A DNA stretch of 64,000 nucleotides from Candidatus Heimdallarchaeota archaeon. Its GTDB lineage: Archaea; Asgardarchaeota; Heimdallarchaeia; JABLTI01. The position numbers and the translations under genes were made by a program. The notes under the pieces were generated by a model. It did no database searches, was not told the origin of the DNA, and saw nothing but the letters and a program-made list of their open reading frames with translations. Location: positions 20,716 to 84,715 of the forward strand of contig DXJV01000005.1 in the NCBI GenBank assembly GCA_019056785.1, read 5' to 3'. Below, one piece after another: positions 30,114 to 40,334 of the stretch (positions are counted from its first letter, which is position 1; every line of letters starts with the position of its first letter).

Positions 30114-31940
30114 TTATTTTCGCCCTCCTGCTATTTCTTTTGCTGTTGTTGTTTTGCTGCTTGTTTCTTGTAGCGGTTCTTTAATTGGTCCAAATTCCTG
30201 TTCAATTAATTGTGTTTCGTAGAGATACTTGTACAATCCTTCTTTTGCCATCAGTTCTTCATGTGTACCTGCCTCAATTATTCGCCCTTTATCCATCACA
30301 ATTATTTTTGTTGCGAATTTAATTGTTGAGAGCCTTTGAGTTATTATCAGCGTGGTTCGGTTTTTGATCAATTCATTTATTGCCTTTTGGAATTGATATT
30401 CGGTTTCAAAATCCAAAGCACTCGAGGAGTCATCCATGATTAATATTGGGGTGTTTAATAACAAGGCACGAGCAATAGTCAGTCTTTGTTTTTGCCCGCC
30501 ACTTAATGTCACTCCTCGCTCACCAACAATAGTATCATAGCCATTCGGAAAGCTCATAATGAAATCATGTGCTTGAGCAATTTTGGCAGCGCGAATGATC
30601 TCTTCTTCTGTGGCATCTGGTTTGCCAAAAGCAATGTTCTCCCGGATAGTTTTGGCGAAGAGAAAAGCTTCTTGTTGAACAATAGAAATTTGCTGTCGTA
30701 AAGTTTCCACAAGCACATCACGAATGTCTATGCCGTCTATTTTTATCACTCCTTCTTGAGGGTCGTAAAACCTAGGGACCAAGCTAACAATTGTACTCTT
30801 CCCCGAACCCGTTGTTCCTAAGAAGGCAACTATTTCGCCCGGTTTAATCTCTAAATTAATGTTTTTCAGTACTGGGGGATTTCCTTCCACATAACTAAAA
30901 GTAACATGTTGAAAAGAGATTGCTCCTTTGATCTCTGGCATGGGTATTGCCTCGGGCTTATTTTGGATTTTCTTTTCCATGTCAATAATCTCAAAAATTC
31001 TGTTCAGAGAGGCACTCCCTTCTTGGAAATGGAGGATTGCAAAGGACATAAAACGCGTGGGCATTTGGAGCATGATAAGATAGCTGTTGATAGCGATAAG
31101 CCGTCCAATGTCCATATCTCCACCAAGGATAATCATTCTCCCTCCGACAAAGAGCAAGAGAAATGACCCTATACCCAATATGAGTGGAAACATGGTTGTT
31201 AGAAAAGCTCGTAAACGAGCCATTTGCATGTTCATTTGCAAGTAGCGCTCATTTTCGCGCTCAAATTTATCGAACTCATAATCCTCTGCTGCAAAAGCCC
31301 GGACGACACTGGCGCCATATACATTCTCAGCGAGAACAGAATTCATATCACCAAATTTGTTTTGAATTTTGCGCATTAATGGTCGGATCTTTCTTGCATA
31401 TGTAAACATGATTATAAACAATACCGGCGCCAGGGCTGTGAGAATCAGCATTAATTTCCAATCCATCAAGCCAACCATAACAAAAATACCCAGATACAAA
31501 CAAATGGAGCGTAAAAAAATCCGCATGCCGATACTTAAAAGCCTTCGAATTGCTTCAATGTCACTTGTTCCTCTCGAGATTAATTGCCCCGTTTCGATCC
31601 TGTCGAAAAAGTCGATGGATTGTTTCTGAATTTTCGCATAAAGAGTATTTCGAATGTCATAGATGACTGATTGTGAAACATATTCATTGATATATCGCTG
31701 AAGGAAGCGAAAAATCGACGCAAAAAAGCCAATCCCGATATATACCGGCACCCAAAGTTTCAAAGCATGAAGCTGGGTTGTGAAATCGCCTGACTCGAAA
31801 ATTAGATTAATGATGTTTTTCGCCACCCAAGGCGTTAAAAGCGTAAAGATTGAATCGAGCATTGCAGCAAAAATAACAACTACTAATGCGAACCAAGTTT
31901 TTCGTGTCATGTGATGGAATAGTCGGAAAATTGGGTGCAT
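30114..31940 (-). CDS. Heterodimeric ABC exporter subunit (TMD-NBD, degenerate site)
   Basis: GTTGSGKST and LSGGQKQ; degenerate MDDSSS Walker B and ITQRL switch, the TM287/288-type asymmetry. Confidence 0.93.
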   Translation of the reverse strand: MHPIFRLFHHMTRKTWFALVVVIFAAMLDSIFTLLTPWVAKNIINLIFESGDFTTQLHALKLWVPVYIGIGFFASIFRFLQRYINEYVSQSVIYDIRNTLYAKIQKQSIDFFDRIETGQLISRGTSDIEAIRRLLSIGMRIFLRSICLYLGIFVMVGLMDWKLMLILTALAPVLFIIMFTYARKIRPLMRKIQNKFGDMNSVLAENVYGASVVRAFAAEDYEFDKFERENERYLQMNMQMARLRAFLTTMFPLILGIGSFLLLFVGGRMIILGGDMDIGRLIAINSYLIMLQMPTRFMSFAILHFQEGSASLNRIFEIIDMEKKIQNKPEAIPMPEIKGAISFQHVTFSYVEGNPPVLKNINLEIKPGEIVAFLGTTGSGKSTIVSLVPRFYDPQEGVIKIDGIDIRDVLVETLRQQISIVQQEAFLFAKTIRENIAFGKPDATEEEIIRAAKIAQAHDFIMSFPNGYDTIVGERGVTLSGGQKQRLTIARALLLNTPILIMDDSSSALDFETEYQFQKAINELIKNRTTLIITQRLSTIKFATKIIVMDKGRIIEAGTHEELMAKEGLYKYLYETQLIEQEFGPIKEPLQETSSKTTTAKEIAGGRK

Positions 31941-32046
31941 GTTCTTCTTCTCACAATTTTTCTTACTGTAATACTACCCTTTCCTTTATAAAATTATTTT
32001 GACTGAATTAATTATTAAAAATAAAATGAACGTTTCAAACACCTTT

Positions 32047-33087
32047 TTAATTTTCACGAAGCTTCTGCAATGCTTGGTAAGCTGCTTCAGAAACAATCTT
32101 GTAGTTGCTTTTTTTGGCACTTTTTAATGCTTCTTTAACAGATGGGTCGCCAATTTTTCCCAAGGAAAGAATAATCTCTCGACGAACGAAGGGGTTTGTA
32201 TCGGTTCCTAATATTTCAACTAAATTTGGCACAGTACGCTGATCAGTCAATTTTCCCAACGCTTCTGCACACACTCGCCGGACAATGTAGGATTGGTCTC
32301 GCAATAAGGTCCGGCTGAGAATACGGACTGCTATGTCCTTTATTTTTTCAAATCCTTCGATCTCTTCTTTTCTACTTAAATGGTGTTGTAAGATATTACC
32401 GATAGCAAAAACGATTTCTCTTTTCGCAAGTTCAAAGGATTCTTTTTCGAGGGCTCTACAAAGGACTTGGATAGATTCAATAGCTTTTATTCGATGGAGT
32501 GCCCATGCTGCAAGCATTCTATTTGTGGCGGTTGTGTCTTGTTGCAAGGTTTTTTCAAGAGCTACTCTCGCCGGTCGGACTTGAACTTTCCCCAGAAGCC
32601 AAATAACTGCACGCCGAATCATTTGAGACCTGCTAGATGTCAGTAGTTTTAACAATTGATCGAGGATCGATTTGAAATTATAATTTTGGAGCCCAATTAT
32701 CGCCCAATACTTAACCTCTTCACTAGTATCATTTAAGGCTTTCAAGAGGATTTGATAAGCTTCTTTTGTTTGTAATTTTCCGGCAATCCAAATGGCTCGT
32801 GCGCGTAAATAACGATGTTCAGAAGTGTCAAAAAAAAGGTGTTTAACAATCTCAAATAATTGTCTGTCTTGTTTATCGAATAAAAGAAGGAGTGCCAGTT
32901 CACAAACGATATAGTCAGGGTCCTTGTTAATAATTGTCTTTAAAAGGTCATTAACTTCTGGTGTTTGCATATCTTTTAAGTAGAGAACTGCATTAAATCG
33001 TTCAAAGGGATTTGTTGATTGTAATTGTAGTTTGATCTGTTGTAAAGTTAGTTGTTCTGGTGGCTTTTCGGCGTTTAAATCTGTCAT
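32047..33087 (-). CDS. HEAT-repeat (PBS lyase-like) protein
   Basis: Repeats such as VRRVCAEALGKL, VRREIILSLGKIGD and RARAIWIAGKL. Confidence 0.88.
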   Translation of the reverse strand: MTDLNAEKPPEQLTLQQIKLQLQSTNPFERFNAVLYLKDMQTPEVNDLLKTIINKDPDYIVCELALLLLFDKQDRQLFEIVKHLFFDTSEHRYLRARAIWIAGKLQTKEAYQILLKALNDTSEEVKYWAIIGLQNYNFKSILDQLLKLLTSSRSQMIRRAVIWLLGKVQVRPARVALEKTLQQDTTATNRMLAAWALHRIKAIESIQVLCRALEKESFELAKREIVFAIGNILQHHLSRKEEIEGFEKIKDIAVRILSRTLLRDQSYIVRRVCAEALGKLTDQRTVPNLVEILGTDTNPFVRREIILSLGKIGDPSVKEALKSAKKSNYKIVSEAAYQALQKLREN

Positions 33088-33231
33088 TCAGCTTTCCCAT
33101 CATGTTGGATAAATAAAAGGCTGTTTAAATTTTTTTAAAAGATATGAAATAAAGTTTGGCAATGCAGCTTAAAAAAAAGGAAAAGTATTCCCCCAAGAAG
33201 GGGTAAATTATTTCTTTTGTTTTCTGTTTCT

Positions 33232-34470
33232 TTACTCTGTAATGATTTTTGCTTGCATCTTTGAAAGCTCGATTTTTCTTCCTTCATGAACCCAATCGGT
33301 GAAAATTTGATATTGTTTAAAGGTATCACCGATGATGTCATCAATTGGGTGTTTGAAGAAGAAAGCCAATTCATGAATAGCGCCAAATTCACCTCTGGAT
33401 TTAGCGAATAAAAGGCATCGAGCGATATCGATTGCTATTGGTGCTGCTAAAATAGAGTCAATTCCATGCCATGTGAATTGCAACGCCATTTTCGTTCCAA
33501 GAAATCCGCGATATGAGATATAGTCCCAAGCAACTTTGTGGTCAACTAGGGGTGGGAAATATTTGATTTCCGTAATAGAGAATGGAGAATAACCAATACT
33601 ACTTGAGATTGCTTTGTCTTTGCTTTCGATCTTGCTTTCTTTGTTCTTATCTTTGCTTAGTGTTACACCATCGTCGTCCCCGAGGATGTTGAACCCAGCC
33701 CAACCAAGGATCTTGAGATTCCTCATTTTGAACATTGGTGCGAGCGTTGTTTTCATCAGCGTTTCGCCTGTCTTTCCATCATCGCCCATATGGGGCACTT
33801 TGTTTTTGATGGCTAATTCACGAATTGCCGGAACAGTTGCTCCATGTGATGGTGTGAAATTTCCGTAAGGTATTTTCAGCTTCAATGCGGCATAGGCATA
33901 GAGCATGCTTGCAGTTACTTTTTCGACTTTATTTTCGTCGATTAATCCTTCAAAGGCATCTAGCGATTGATGCTCTTCACTGAGTGGTATGTGCTGTTCT
34001 GTTGATGCAACATTCATCATGACGACTTCGCCATTTTTGTTCTTAAAACTCTCAAAGTCCTTCATCAATTGTCCTACTATCTCAGGGAGTGTTAAGCCAT
34101 CAGCCTCGAGTGTTTGCAGGTTGCCAAGAGCCTGTACACCTGGTCCACAATTAATTGCCGTCCCTTTTTTAGCATAAACCTTCGAAAGCTCATTTTTAGC
34201 AGCATCTAGATAATGTCTTTGAAAATGATAGTTTTCTTCCCAAATCTTTTCTGAAGCTTGAAATGCGTTCTTGTCCAAAAAACGCACTTCTGTACCTCCA
34301 AGTTTGATGTCATCTAAGGGAAACTTACTTCGAATGGGATCGCATTCGGGACTTTCTGTGACTATTCCTGCTTGTACTCGTGGCGCAGCACCCTTCTTAA
34401 TAGCAGCAAGTCCTGTCAAAGTTGTGGTTGCGACTGCACCATAAGCACCGATAAACCAAATTCCAGTCAT
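33232..34470 (-). CDS. ino1: myo-inositol-1-phosphate synthase
   Basis: IGAYGAVATT, NVASTE, NFTPS, GDDGKTGETLMKT, NILGDDDG and DSILAAPI. ATG 34470 follows GAGTTGAT. Confidence 0.94.
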   Translation of the reverse strand: MTGIWFIGAYGAVATTTLTGLAAIKKGAAPRVQAGIVTESPECDPIRSKFPLDDIKLGGTEVRFLDKNAFQASEKIWEENYHFQRHYLDAAKNELSKVYAKKGTAINCGPGVQALGNLQTLEADGLTLPEIVGQLMKDFESFKNKNGEVVMMNVASTEQHIPLSEEHQSLDAFEGLIDENKVEKVTASMLYAYAALKLKIPYGNFTPSHGATVPAIRELAIKNKVPHMGDDGKTGETLMKTTLAPMFKMRNLKILGWAGFNILGDDDGVTLSKDKNKESKIESKDKAISSSIGYSPFSITEIKYFPPLVDHKVAWDYISYRGFLGTKMALQFTWHGIDSILAAPIAIDIARCLLFAKSRGEFGAIHELAFFFKHPIDDIIGDTFKQYQIFTDWVHEGRKIELSKMQAKIITE

Positions 34471-34598
34471 TTCGATCAACTCACGTGAATCGTTTATTAT
34501 ATGGTCATATAATATTTACTCTTTAAAATACTTTAGGTTTTAATTTAAAAAAGGTAATAAAAAAATTTTAAGAAAAAGTTAAAAGGAAAAATATGCGT

Positions 34599-35198
34599 TC
34601 AAGCCTTCATGGCTTTTAAATTCTCGAAAAGAACTCTTCCGGCTTCGGTTGCTTTTCCTTGTCTGTTTGGGATAACTAAAAGTAGTGCACCTGTTTTTTG
34701 CCCGATAGAGGCCGCAACTATTTTGTTTAGAAGCTGGTGTTCCATAAGCAAGTCCAGTGAATCTTCGTCTCGTGCACGGCTTGTGTCTAATTCCCGCCTC
34801 TTTTTAATCTCTTCAGCAGTAGTTTCGATTAAAACCAGTAGTTTCGGATGAAATGCCTCTGAGACCCAGGAAGGAATGCCTTGAAGAAAGCTCCCTATAC
34901 CGGTTTTAATAGTAAAATGGGTGTCTACTATAACCACTTTCCCTTTGGCTCTTTCAGCAATCTCTAAAGCAGCTTGGCGTTGAATCTCCTTTTGGGCTCT
35001 TGGTGGAAGCTTTCGCATAGCATCTCGGTGTTTTACATTATAGTTTTTTTCAGCAATTTCCATCATAACAGTTCCATAGATAATTACAGAGATGTCGAAA
35101 TTCTCTGCTCGTGCAATTTTTAATGCTTCATTAATTACAGTAGTCTTTCCTACCCCAGGTATGCCACCAACAATAGCAATATAGCTTTCGTTGTTCAT
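34599..35198 (-). CDS. adkA: Archaeal adenylate kinase
   Basis: GIPGVGKTT, YGTVM, HRDAMRKL and VDTH. Confidence 0.93.
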   Translation of the reverse strand: MNNESYIAIVGGIPGVGKTTVINEALKIARAENFDISVIIYGTVMMEIAEKNYNVKHRDAMRKLPPRAQKEIQRQAALEIAERAKGKVVIVDTHFTIKTGIGSFLQGIPSWVSEAFHPKLLVLIETTAEEIKKRRELDTSRARDEDSLDLLMEHQLLNKIVAASIGQKTGALLLVIPNRQGKATEAGRVLFENLKAMKA

Positions 35199-35213
35199 TT
35201 TTCTACCTCAAAA

Positions 35214-36773
35214 TTAAAACATTAAATTGGTCAACAATTCGTTGATCTTTTTATATGTTCGTTTAGAAATGATGTTGTTCGTAAGCAGATATTCGAGTCC
35301 TTGTTTGACAGCCCCGGCAAATTCGCCTGTTGCAAGAAGATTTGTTGCTCGCAAGTTGTCAAAGGATTGTTTCAATTTCCTGTTAAATACCAATTCTTCT
35401 GCAAGTTTATCCGCAACCTCTTTGCCTCCGATCAGGGCGGAGTCTCGGTCGGCATTTGGATAATCAATTCGAGATCCTCCTCGTGGTTTAGTTAATGGTG
35501 GGATAACAAAATAACGGGTCTCTTTTTTATCTTGAAACCGAATTAAATAAAGAGAAAGCAAAATCGAGCGAGGAATGTTGCCGCTTATGGAAAAAGCTGA
35601 TTTATTTATCATTTCCTTGCGATTCTTGACAACGGCATCCATTTTTTTACAAAGCTCATCTGTATTTTGCTTAATCCTGTCTTTCATCTCTAGTAAATCC
35701 CCAAGAGAGCGGTCCCGTTGCATGCGAAGTTCGTCTAGTTCGTTTTCAGCATTGGCTTTCTTAACCTCATACTCAGTAATGGCTTTTTGTTTTCCCTCTT
35801 CAAAATTTTTCGTAATTTCATTCAAAGCCTTTGCAAGATTTTTCCGGTCATTTTCGAGAGTTTTAACTTTGTTAGCGATATTATCAATTTGCCCTTTGCT
35901 CTTGGACAAAAAAGATTGCATATTCTCACGGAATTTTGGTGTTTCAATAGAAGGGATGTCGTTTAATATTTTGCGTGCATGTTCTTGAATGGGATTGATC
36001 ATTCCTGTTAGACCAAGTGTACTGGATTCAAACTTCGAAAGCTCTCGAAAAATCGCTTGGTTAGCTTTTTCTAATTGAGAATCGATTATGTCATCTAAAC
36101 GCTCTTTGTAGCGTTCAATGCGTTCTTGAACCTCCTCTTGTTTGCTCTGGATTCTTGATGTAAATGTTCTTTCGATGTTCTCAATCTCCGAATTAATTTC
36201 TGCTAACCATTGGCGAGCGAGCTCTTGAAATCGTTCTTTAATTTCCGAGAACTGGGGGATTTCATTCAAATAGGTTATTACTTCAGCATTAATGCTATCC
36301 TCAAAACTGGGCAAAATCAATGGTTTGTCGATACGCCCTAATTCACTCGCAGTTTTTGCCAGAGTTATTGTGGATTTTGAGAAATTGTGATTAAAAAGTG
36401 GATAATTTTGTGTGTTTAAAATTAATGTATCATTTGCATCCTGTAAATTATTGGTAAAAGCTTTTAAAGTAGACGCATCTTGGACCGCTTTTAGATGGGC
36501 AATAACATTTGAAAGAGAAAGGTCATTAACTGATGTACCTCCACCATATATTCCAAGAGAATCGATAACCACAAGTCGTTGCTGCACAGAATCAAAATAA
36601 AGGCGCCAATAGAATTTCGATACTTGTGTTAAACGTTCTTTTGTCCGTTTAAAAAGTCCACCTTTTTTTATCTTATCACCAACCACTCCTATAACAAAAG
36701 CTAGTTCTGCTTCGAGAGGAATGTCTTTTCTATCTACAATAAAGGGAATAACTGTTTCCTCTTGGATACTCAT
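35214..36773 (-). CDS. Hypothetical long coiled-coil protein
   Basis: 519 aa; globular ends flank about 220 aa of E/K/Q-rich heptads. Confidence 0.75.
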   Translation of the reverse strand: MSIQEETVIPFIVDRKDIPLEAELAFVIGVVGDKIKKGGLFKRTKERLTQVSKFYWRLYFDSVQQRLVVIDSLGIYGGGTSVNDLSLSNVIAHLKAVQDASTLKAFTNNLQDANDTLILNTQNYPLFNHNFSKSTITLAKTASELGRIDKPLILPSFEDSINAEVITYLNEIPQFSEIKERFQELARQWLAEINSEIENIERTFTSRIQSKQEEVQERIERYKERLDDIIDSQLEKANQAIFRELSKFESSTLGLTGMINPIQEHARKILNDIPSIETPKFRENMQSFLSKSKGQIDNIANKVKTLENDRKNLAKALNEITKNFEEGKQKAITEYEVKKANAENELDELRMQRDRSLGDLLEMKDRIKQNTDELCKKMDAVVKNRKEMINKSAFSISGNIPRSILLSLYLIRFQDKKETRYFVIPPLTKPRGGSRIDYPNADRDSALIGGKEVADKLAEELVFNRKLKQSFDNLRATNLLATGEFAGAVKQGLEYLLTNNIISKRTYKKINELLTNLMF

Positions 36774-36914
36774 ATCAAATCACAACATCTTGATTATTGA
36801 ACTACTGCTTCAAAGATTCTTTTTAATTGTTCATTTAACGTACTTTTACAGCTATTTTAAAACTTAGGATAGAGCAAAAAGAACGCGTAAAAATTAATGT
36901 TGGGTTAATCTTTT

Positions 36915-37961
36915 CTATCGCCTTTTCTTTCGCTTTTGTTTCTTTGTTTTTTCTTCCAATATTCTCTCCTCCTTAAGATAAGGGCAATTAACTTCATAAA
37001 GCGACCAAAGGCGTTCTAATTGATAGGCAATGTCTTCATTAGGTTTGCCCCCTTTCAATGAATAGAAACTACCATCATGAAGAGCATAAAGAATGGCTAA
37101 AGCTTGTAAATTGTCAAATTGCAAGTAATTTGAATATCCTTTCTTTTCTTCCACAACACAAAGTTTTCGATAGTGCTTACAGGGTTTGGGACAATTAAGG
37201 CATTGAGTGATGTTAGCTTTGACTTGATTCCGGTAAAAATCAACCTCAAAAGTGAATTTTTTATCGTGGACAAGCACAATGCCATCAGGTAATAATTCAT
37301 ACCCAATTTTCATAACTAAATTTTTGACCTTTTCAAAAGTATTCTTGTTAAAAATTTTGTAAATATTGGCTGGTTTGTTGCTGTTGGAAATGAAGGTATG
37401 ATACTCCCCGGAAATAATATCTTGGGCAATTTTTTGACCGATGATTTCAAAAACCGAGGAAATTTCTTCCAGGGAATTAATTTTCTTATAGAAAATGTTC
37501 CTTGATTGATCAGAAACATTGAGGTTATTTATTGTTCGATTAACTACTTCTCTATTGAAATTTTGCTCTTGGTTCATAGCTACAAAAGTGATGGGAATTC
37601 CTTTTGGGGCAATGCTTGCTAATCCTCTGACCAATTCAATATCCGAGGGGTTTTTTGTGACGATAATTGAATGGCAAACCCCAGAGAAATATGCTGCACG
37701 AAAGAGGTCAAAACGGGCTTCATTATTTATCAACCAAATGGACATGCATAAAGTGCCTAAACGTGTTTGAACTTTTGAAATTACAGGGTACATTCCAATA
37801 GTGTTTAAACAATTAACGTTGATGGCAGATTCTGACCAATTTCTTAATTGTTGGGCAAGTGTTTTAATGTCATCTGAAAAAAGTAGCAATTTGCTAAGAT
37901 AAATGTTTGGGGTTGTTTCTATTTCATTCTCTTCTGAGAAGCCTCTTCCAGATAAACTCAA
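36915..37961 (-). CDS. Degenerate Rab-like small GTPase domain + Cys-rich C-terminal domain
   Basis: YLSKLLLF...NTIG...SIWLINNEARF...YFSGV..IIV follows the Rab G-domain pattern; CLNCPKPC..C. Confidence 0.7.
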   Translation of the reverse strand: MSLSGRGFSEENEIETTPNIYLSKLLLFSDDIKTLAQQLRNWSESAINVNCLNTIGMYPVISKVQTRLGTLCMSIWLINNEARFDLFRAAYFSGVCHSIIVTKNPSDIELVRGLASIAPKGIPITFVAMNQEQNFNREVVNRTINNLNVSDQSRNIFYKKINSLEEISSVFEIIGQKIAQDIISGEYHTFISNSNKPANIYKIFNKNTFEKVKNLVMKIGYELLPDGIVLVHDKKFTFEVDFYRNQVKANITQCLNCPKPCKHYRKLCVVEEKKGYSNYLQFDNLQALAILYALHDGSFYSLKGGKPNEDIAYQLERLWSLYEVNCPYLKEERILEEKTKKQKRKKRR

Positions 37962-38194
37962 TTAATTGCCCTCAATATACTTACTAAGTATTGTTGAATA
38001 TATGAATTGAATTACCATTACTTTCGATTATAATTTTATTTATTGTTCTATCTTATAAATAAGTTATGTTTTACAAAAAGAAATGCAATAAATGTGCTCG
38101 AGAATGGTATAATTTGGTTAATGAACTATCTTTTTTATCAAAAGACTTTTTAATATAGGACTCACAAATGATTTAATGAAAAATAAAAAGGATT

Positions 38195-38590
38195 GTGAAA
38201 AATTTAAGTCAAAGAAAACCAAAACCTAAGAAAGGACAAAAAAGATCCTATCGCTCACGCCAAGAACAAGGCACCTCCTTCCAAATTACCGGTGCAGATG
38301 GGCAACCAGAGCACATACGAGTGAGATTGCCAAAAGAGGGCGAAGTTTTGGGTATTGTAACACAAATTCTTGGAGCCGACAGAATAAAAGTCAGATGCAC
38401 AGATGGAAAAACGCGAACAGTGCGCATTCCTGGAAAGCATCGCAAACGTCTGTGGATCAGACAAAACGATGTAGTTAGTGTGATGCCGTGGTACGGCTTA
38501 CAAGAAGATACTCGTGCAGATTTAGTTTATCGTTATAATCGAAATCAAGCAAATTGGTTAGAAGATAAGGGCTATATCTCTTTAGATTAA
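38195..38590 (+). CDS. eif1a: Translation initiation factor aIF-1A
   Basis: RVRLPKEGEVLG..QILG...VRCTDGKTR..RIPGK..KRLWIR. Confidence 0.96.
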   Translation: MKNLSQRKPKPKKGQKRSYRSRQEQGTSFQITGADGQPEHIRVRLPKEGEVLGIVTQILGADRIKVRCTDGKTRTVRIPGKHRKRLWIRQNDVVSVMPWYGLQEDTRADLVYRYNRNQANWLEDKGYISLD

Positions 38591-38682
38591 ACTAGTTATT
38601 GTTAGAAACAACAATTAATGGTCTCGAGTTTTCACTTTGCGTGTAAAGTACATTGCTTGCATATGACAGGAGGAGTAGCAAT

Positions 38683-39576
38683 TTGACAAAAAAACGAAAG
38701 CGGGCAAAAGCACCACCATCTGATGAGCTAGAAGAGGATTTTTTGGGTTTCGAAGACAATGCTGCAATAGATAAACAGCTGAAGGACATCGACCGGTTAG
38801 AAGTAGAACGGATTGACGAGAAAAAACAGAAGTTAAAAGATAGCGATGAGCAAAAAGTTGCTGAGTCGGTTTTAGACGTTGAAACACGAACAACACTATT
38901 CAAGATGCGCCAGAAAAATGTTTTTGAAACGATGACGGGTGTTATTTCGACTGGAAAAGAAGCTAATGTATATCATGCCTATACAGCTGATGGCTCTGAA
39001 GTTGCAATTAAAGTCTACCGCACTTCCACGAATATTTTCAAAGGGCTTCAAATGTATATTTTGGGAGATCCACGGTTTGCAAAAATAAAACGTGACCAAC
39101 GCTCGTTTGTCTACGCTTGGGCAAAAAAAGAGTTTAAAAATCTCTCGCGAGCATACAAAGCCTCTGTGTCTGTACCAATACCGGTTATCTGTGTCAAAGA
39201 TGTTGTTGTCATGGAATTTATTGGCAAAAATGGCATTCCATATCCACTTCTTAAAGATGAACTAATTCGAAAAGCAGAGAAAGTTTACAAAGAAGTGCTG
39301 GAAAACATCAAAAAACTCTATCATAAGGCAAGACTGGTTCATGCAGATCTTTCGGAATACAATATAATTTATACGCCAAAAATTTATTTTATTGATATTT
39401 CACAAGCAGTGCTTTTGGAGCATCCCTTATCCCTGACTTTTCTCTATAGAGACATTAAGAATGTTAATCACTTTTTCCAAGCACTTGATGTACCAATAAT
39501 TGAAAATGATGCATTTTTTGAAGAAATTGTTGGAGAACCTCCCTCACCACGCATCAAATCTTTCATAATTAAATAA
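38683..39576 (+). CDS. rio1: Rio1 atypical Ser/Thr kinase
   Basis: ISTGKEANVY, AIKVY, WAKKEFKNL, LVHADLSEYN and IDISQAV. TTG 38683 follows AGGAGG. Confidence 0.95.
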   Translation: MTKKRKRAKAPPSDELEEDFLGFEDNAAIDKQLKDIDRLEVERIDEKKQKLKDSDEQKVAESVLDVETRTTLFKMRQKNVFETMTGVISTGKEANVYHAYTADGSEVAIKVYRTSTNIFKGLQMYILGDPRFAKIKRDQRSFVYAWAKKEFKNLSRAYKASVSVPIPVICVKDVVVMEFIGKNGIPYPLLKDELIRKAEKVYKEVLENIKKLYHKARLVHADLSEYNIIYTPKIYFIDISQAVLLEHPLSLTFLYRDIKNVNHFFQALDVPIIENDAFFEEIVGEPPSPRIKSFIIK

Positions 39577-39658
39577 ACTTGAAAACAATTAAGTGATAGT
39601 GATACAAAATCATTAAAAATAGAAAAATGAAAAAAGGTTTGACTGGAGGAAAAAGCTG

Positions 39659-40318
39659 TTGGACTTTCACGAAGAAGAAGAAGAATTCACAGACCAAGAA
39701 GCATTAGATGATGAAGAATTTACAGAGGAAGATATAAGTCGGTTTCTAGTAACAATCCCTCACAATCGAATTGGCGCATTAATCGGTCCGAAGGGACGTG
39801 TAAAATCCCGTTTGGAAAAACTAACAGGTGTTGATATTGAGATTGACAGTTCCTCAGGTGAGGTGCTCATTAGTTCAACAGCAAATTTGAAGGATCCTTT
39901 TCTCATTTTTAAAGCGAGAGACTTTGTGCAAGCAGTAGGTCGAGGATTTAACCCAGAAGCGGCTTTTACTCTCTTAGATGATGACATTTATCTCGAGATT
40001 ATTAATTTAAAATATCTTCTAGGAAATAATCCAAACAAGTTACGACGTTTTAGAGGGAGAATAATCGGACGGGAAGGGAAAACGCGACAAATTATTGAAG
40101 AAACAACTGGTACCAAAATTTCTGTCTTTGGGAATACCGTAGGTATAATCGGGACACATGACCGGTTGCGAGTGGCGAAAGAAGCAATAGAGATGCTTAT
40201 TGGTGGCTCAAAGCATGGCACTGTCTATTCTTACCTCGAGGAGAAAGCACAAACATTCAAATTAAGTTCTCGTGAGTTGTGGGAAAAAGCTTCGAAGGAT
40301 GCCAGAAAACCATTCTAA
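39659..40318 (+). CDS. KH-domain pre-rRNA processing protein (Dim2/Pno1-like)
   Basis: RIGALIGPKG, AVGRGFNPE, GRIIGREGKTR and GSKHGTVY. Confidence 0.94.
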   Translation: MDFHEEEEEFTDQEALDDEEFTEEDISRFLVTIPHNRIGALIGPKGRVKSRLEKLTGVDIEIDSSSGEVLISSTANLKDPFLIFKARDFVQAVGRGFNPEAAFTLLDDDIYLEIINLKYLLGNNPNKLRRFRGRIIGREGKTRQIIEETTGTKISVFGNTVGIIGTHDRLRVAKEAIEMLIGGSKHGTVYSYLEEKAQTFKLSSRELWEKASKDARKPF

Positions 40319-40334
40319 GACTAAAGTGTTGAAA

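Noticed and set aside
28226-31940. Degenerate Walker B/switch in one ABC half as a sign of pseudogenisation
   Set aside because: This is the normal asymmetry of heterodimeric ABC exporters.
32047-37961. HEAT protein and pseudo-Rab as members of the 17.6-26.8 kb system
   Set aside because: They are separated from it by transporters and metabolic genes and lie on the opposite strand; proximity alone does not support a link.
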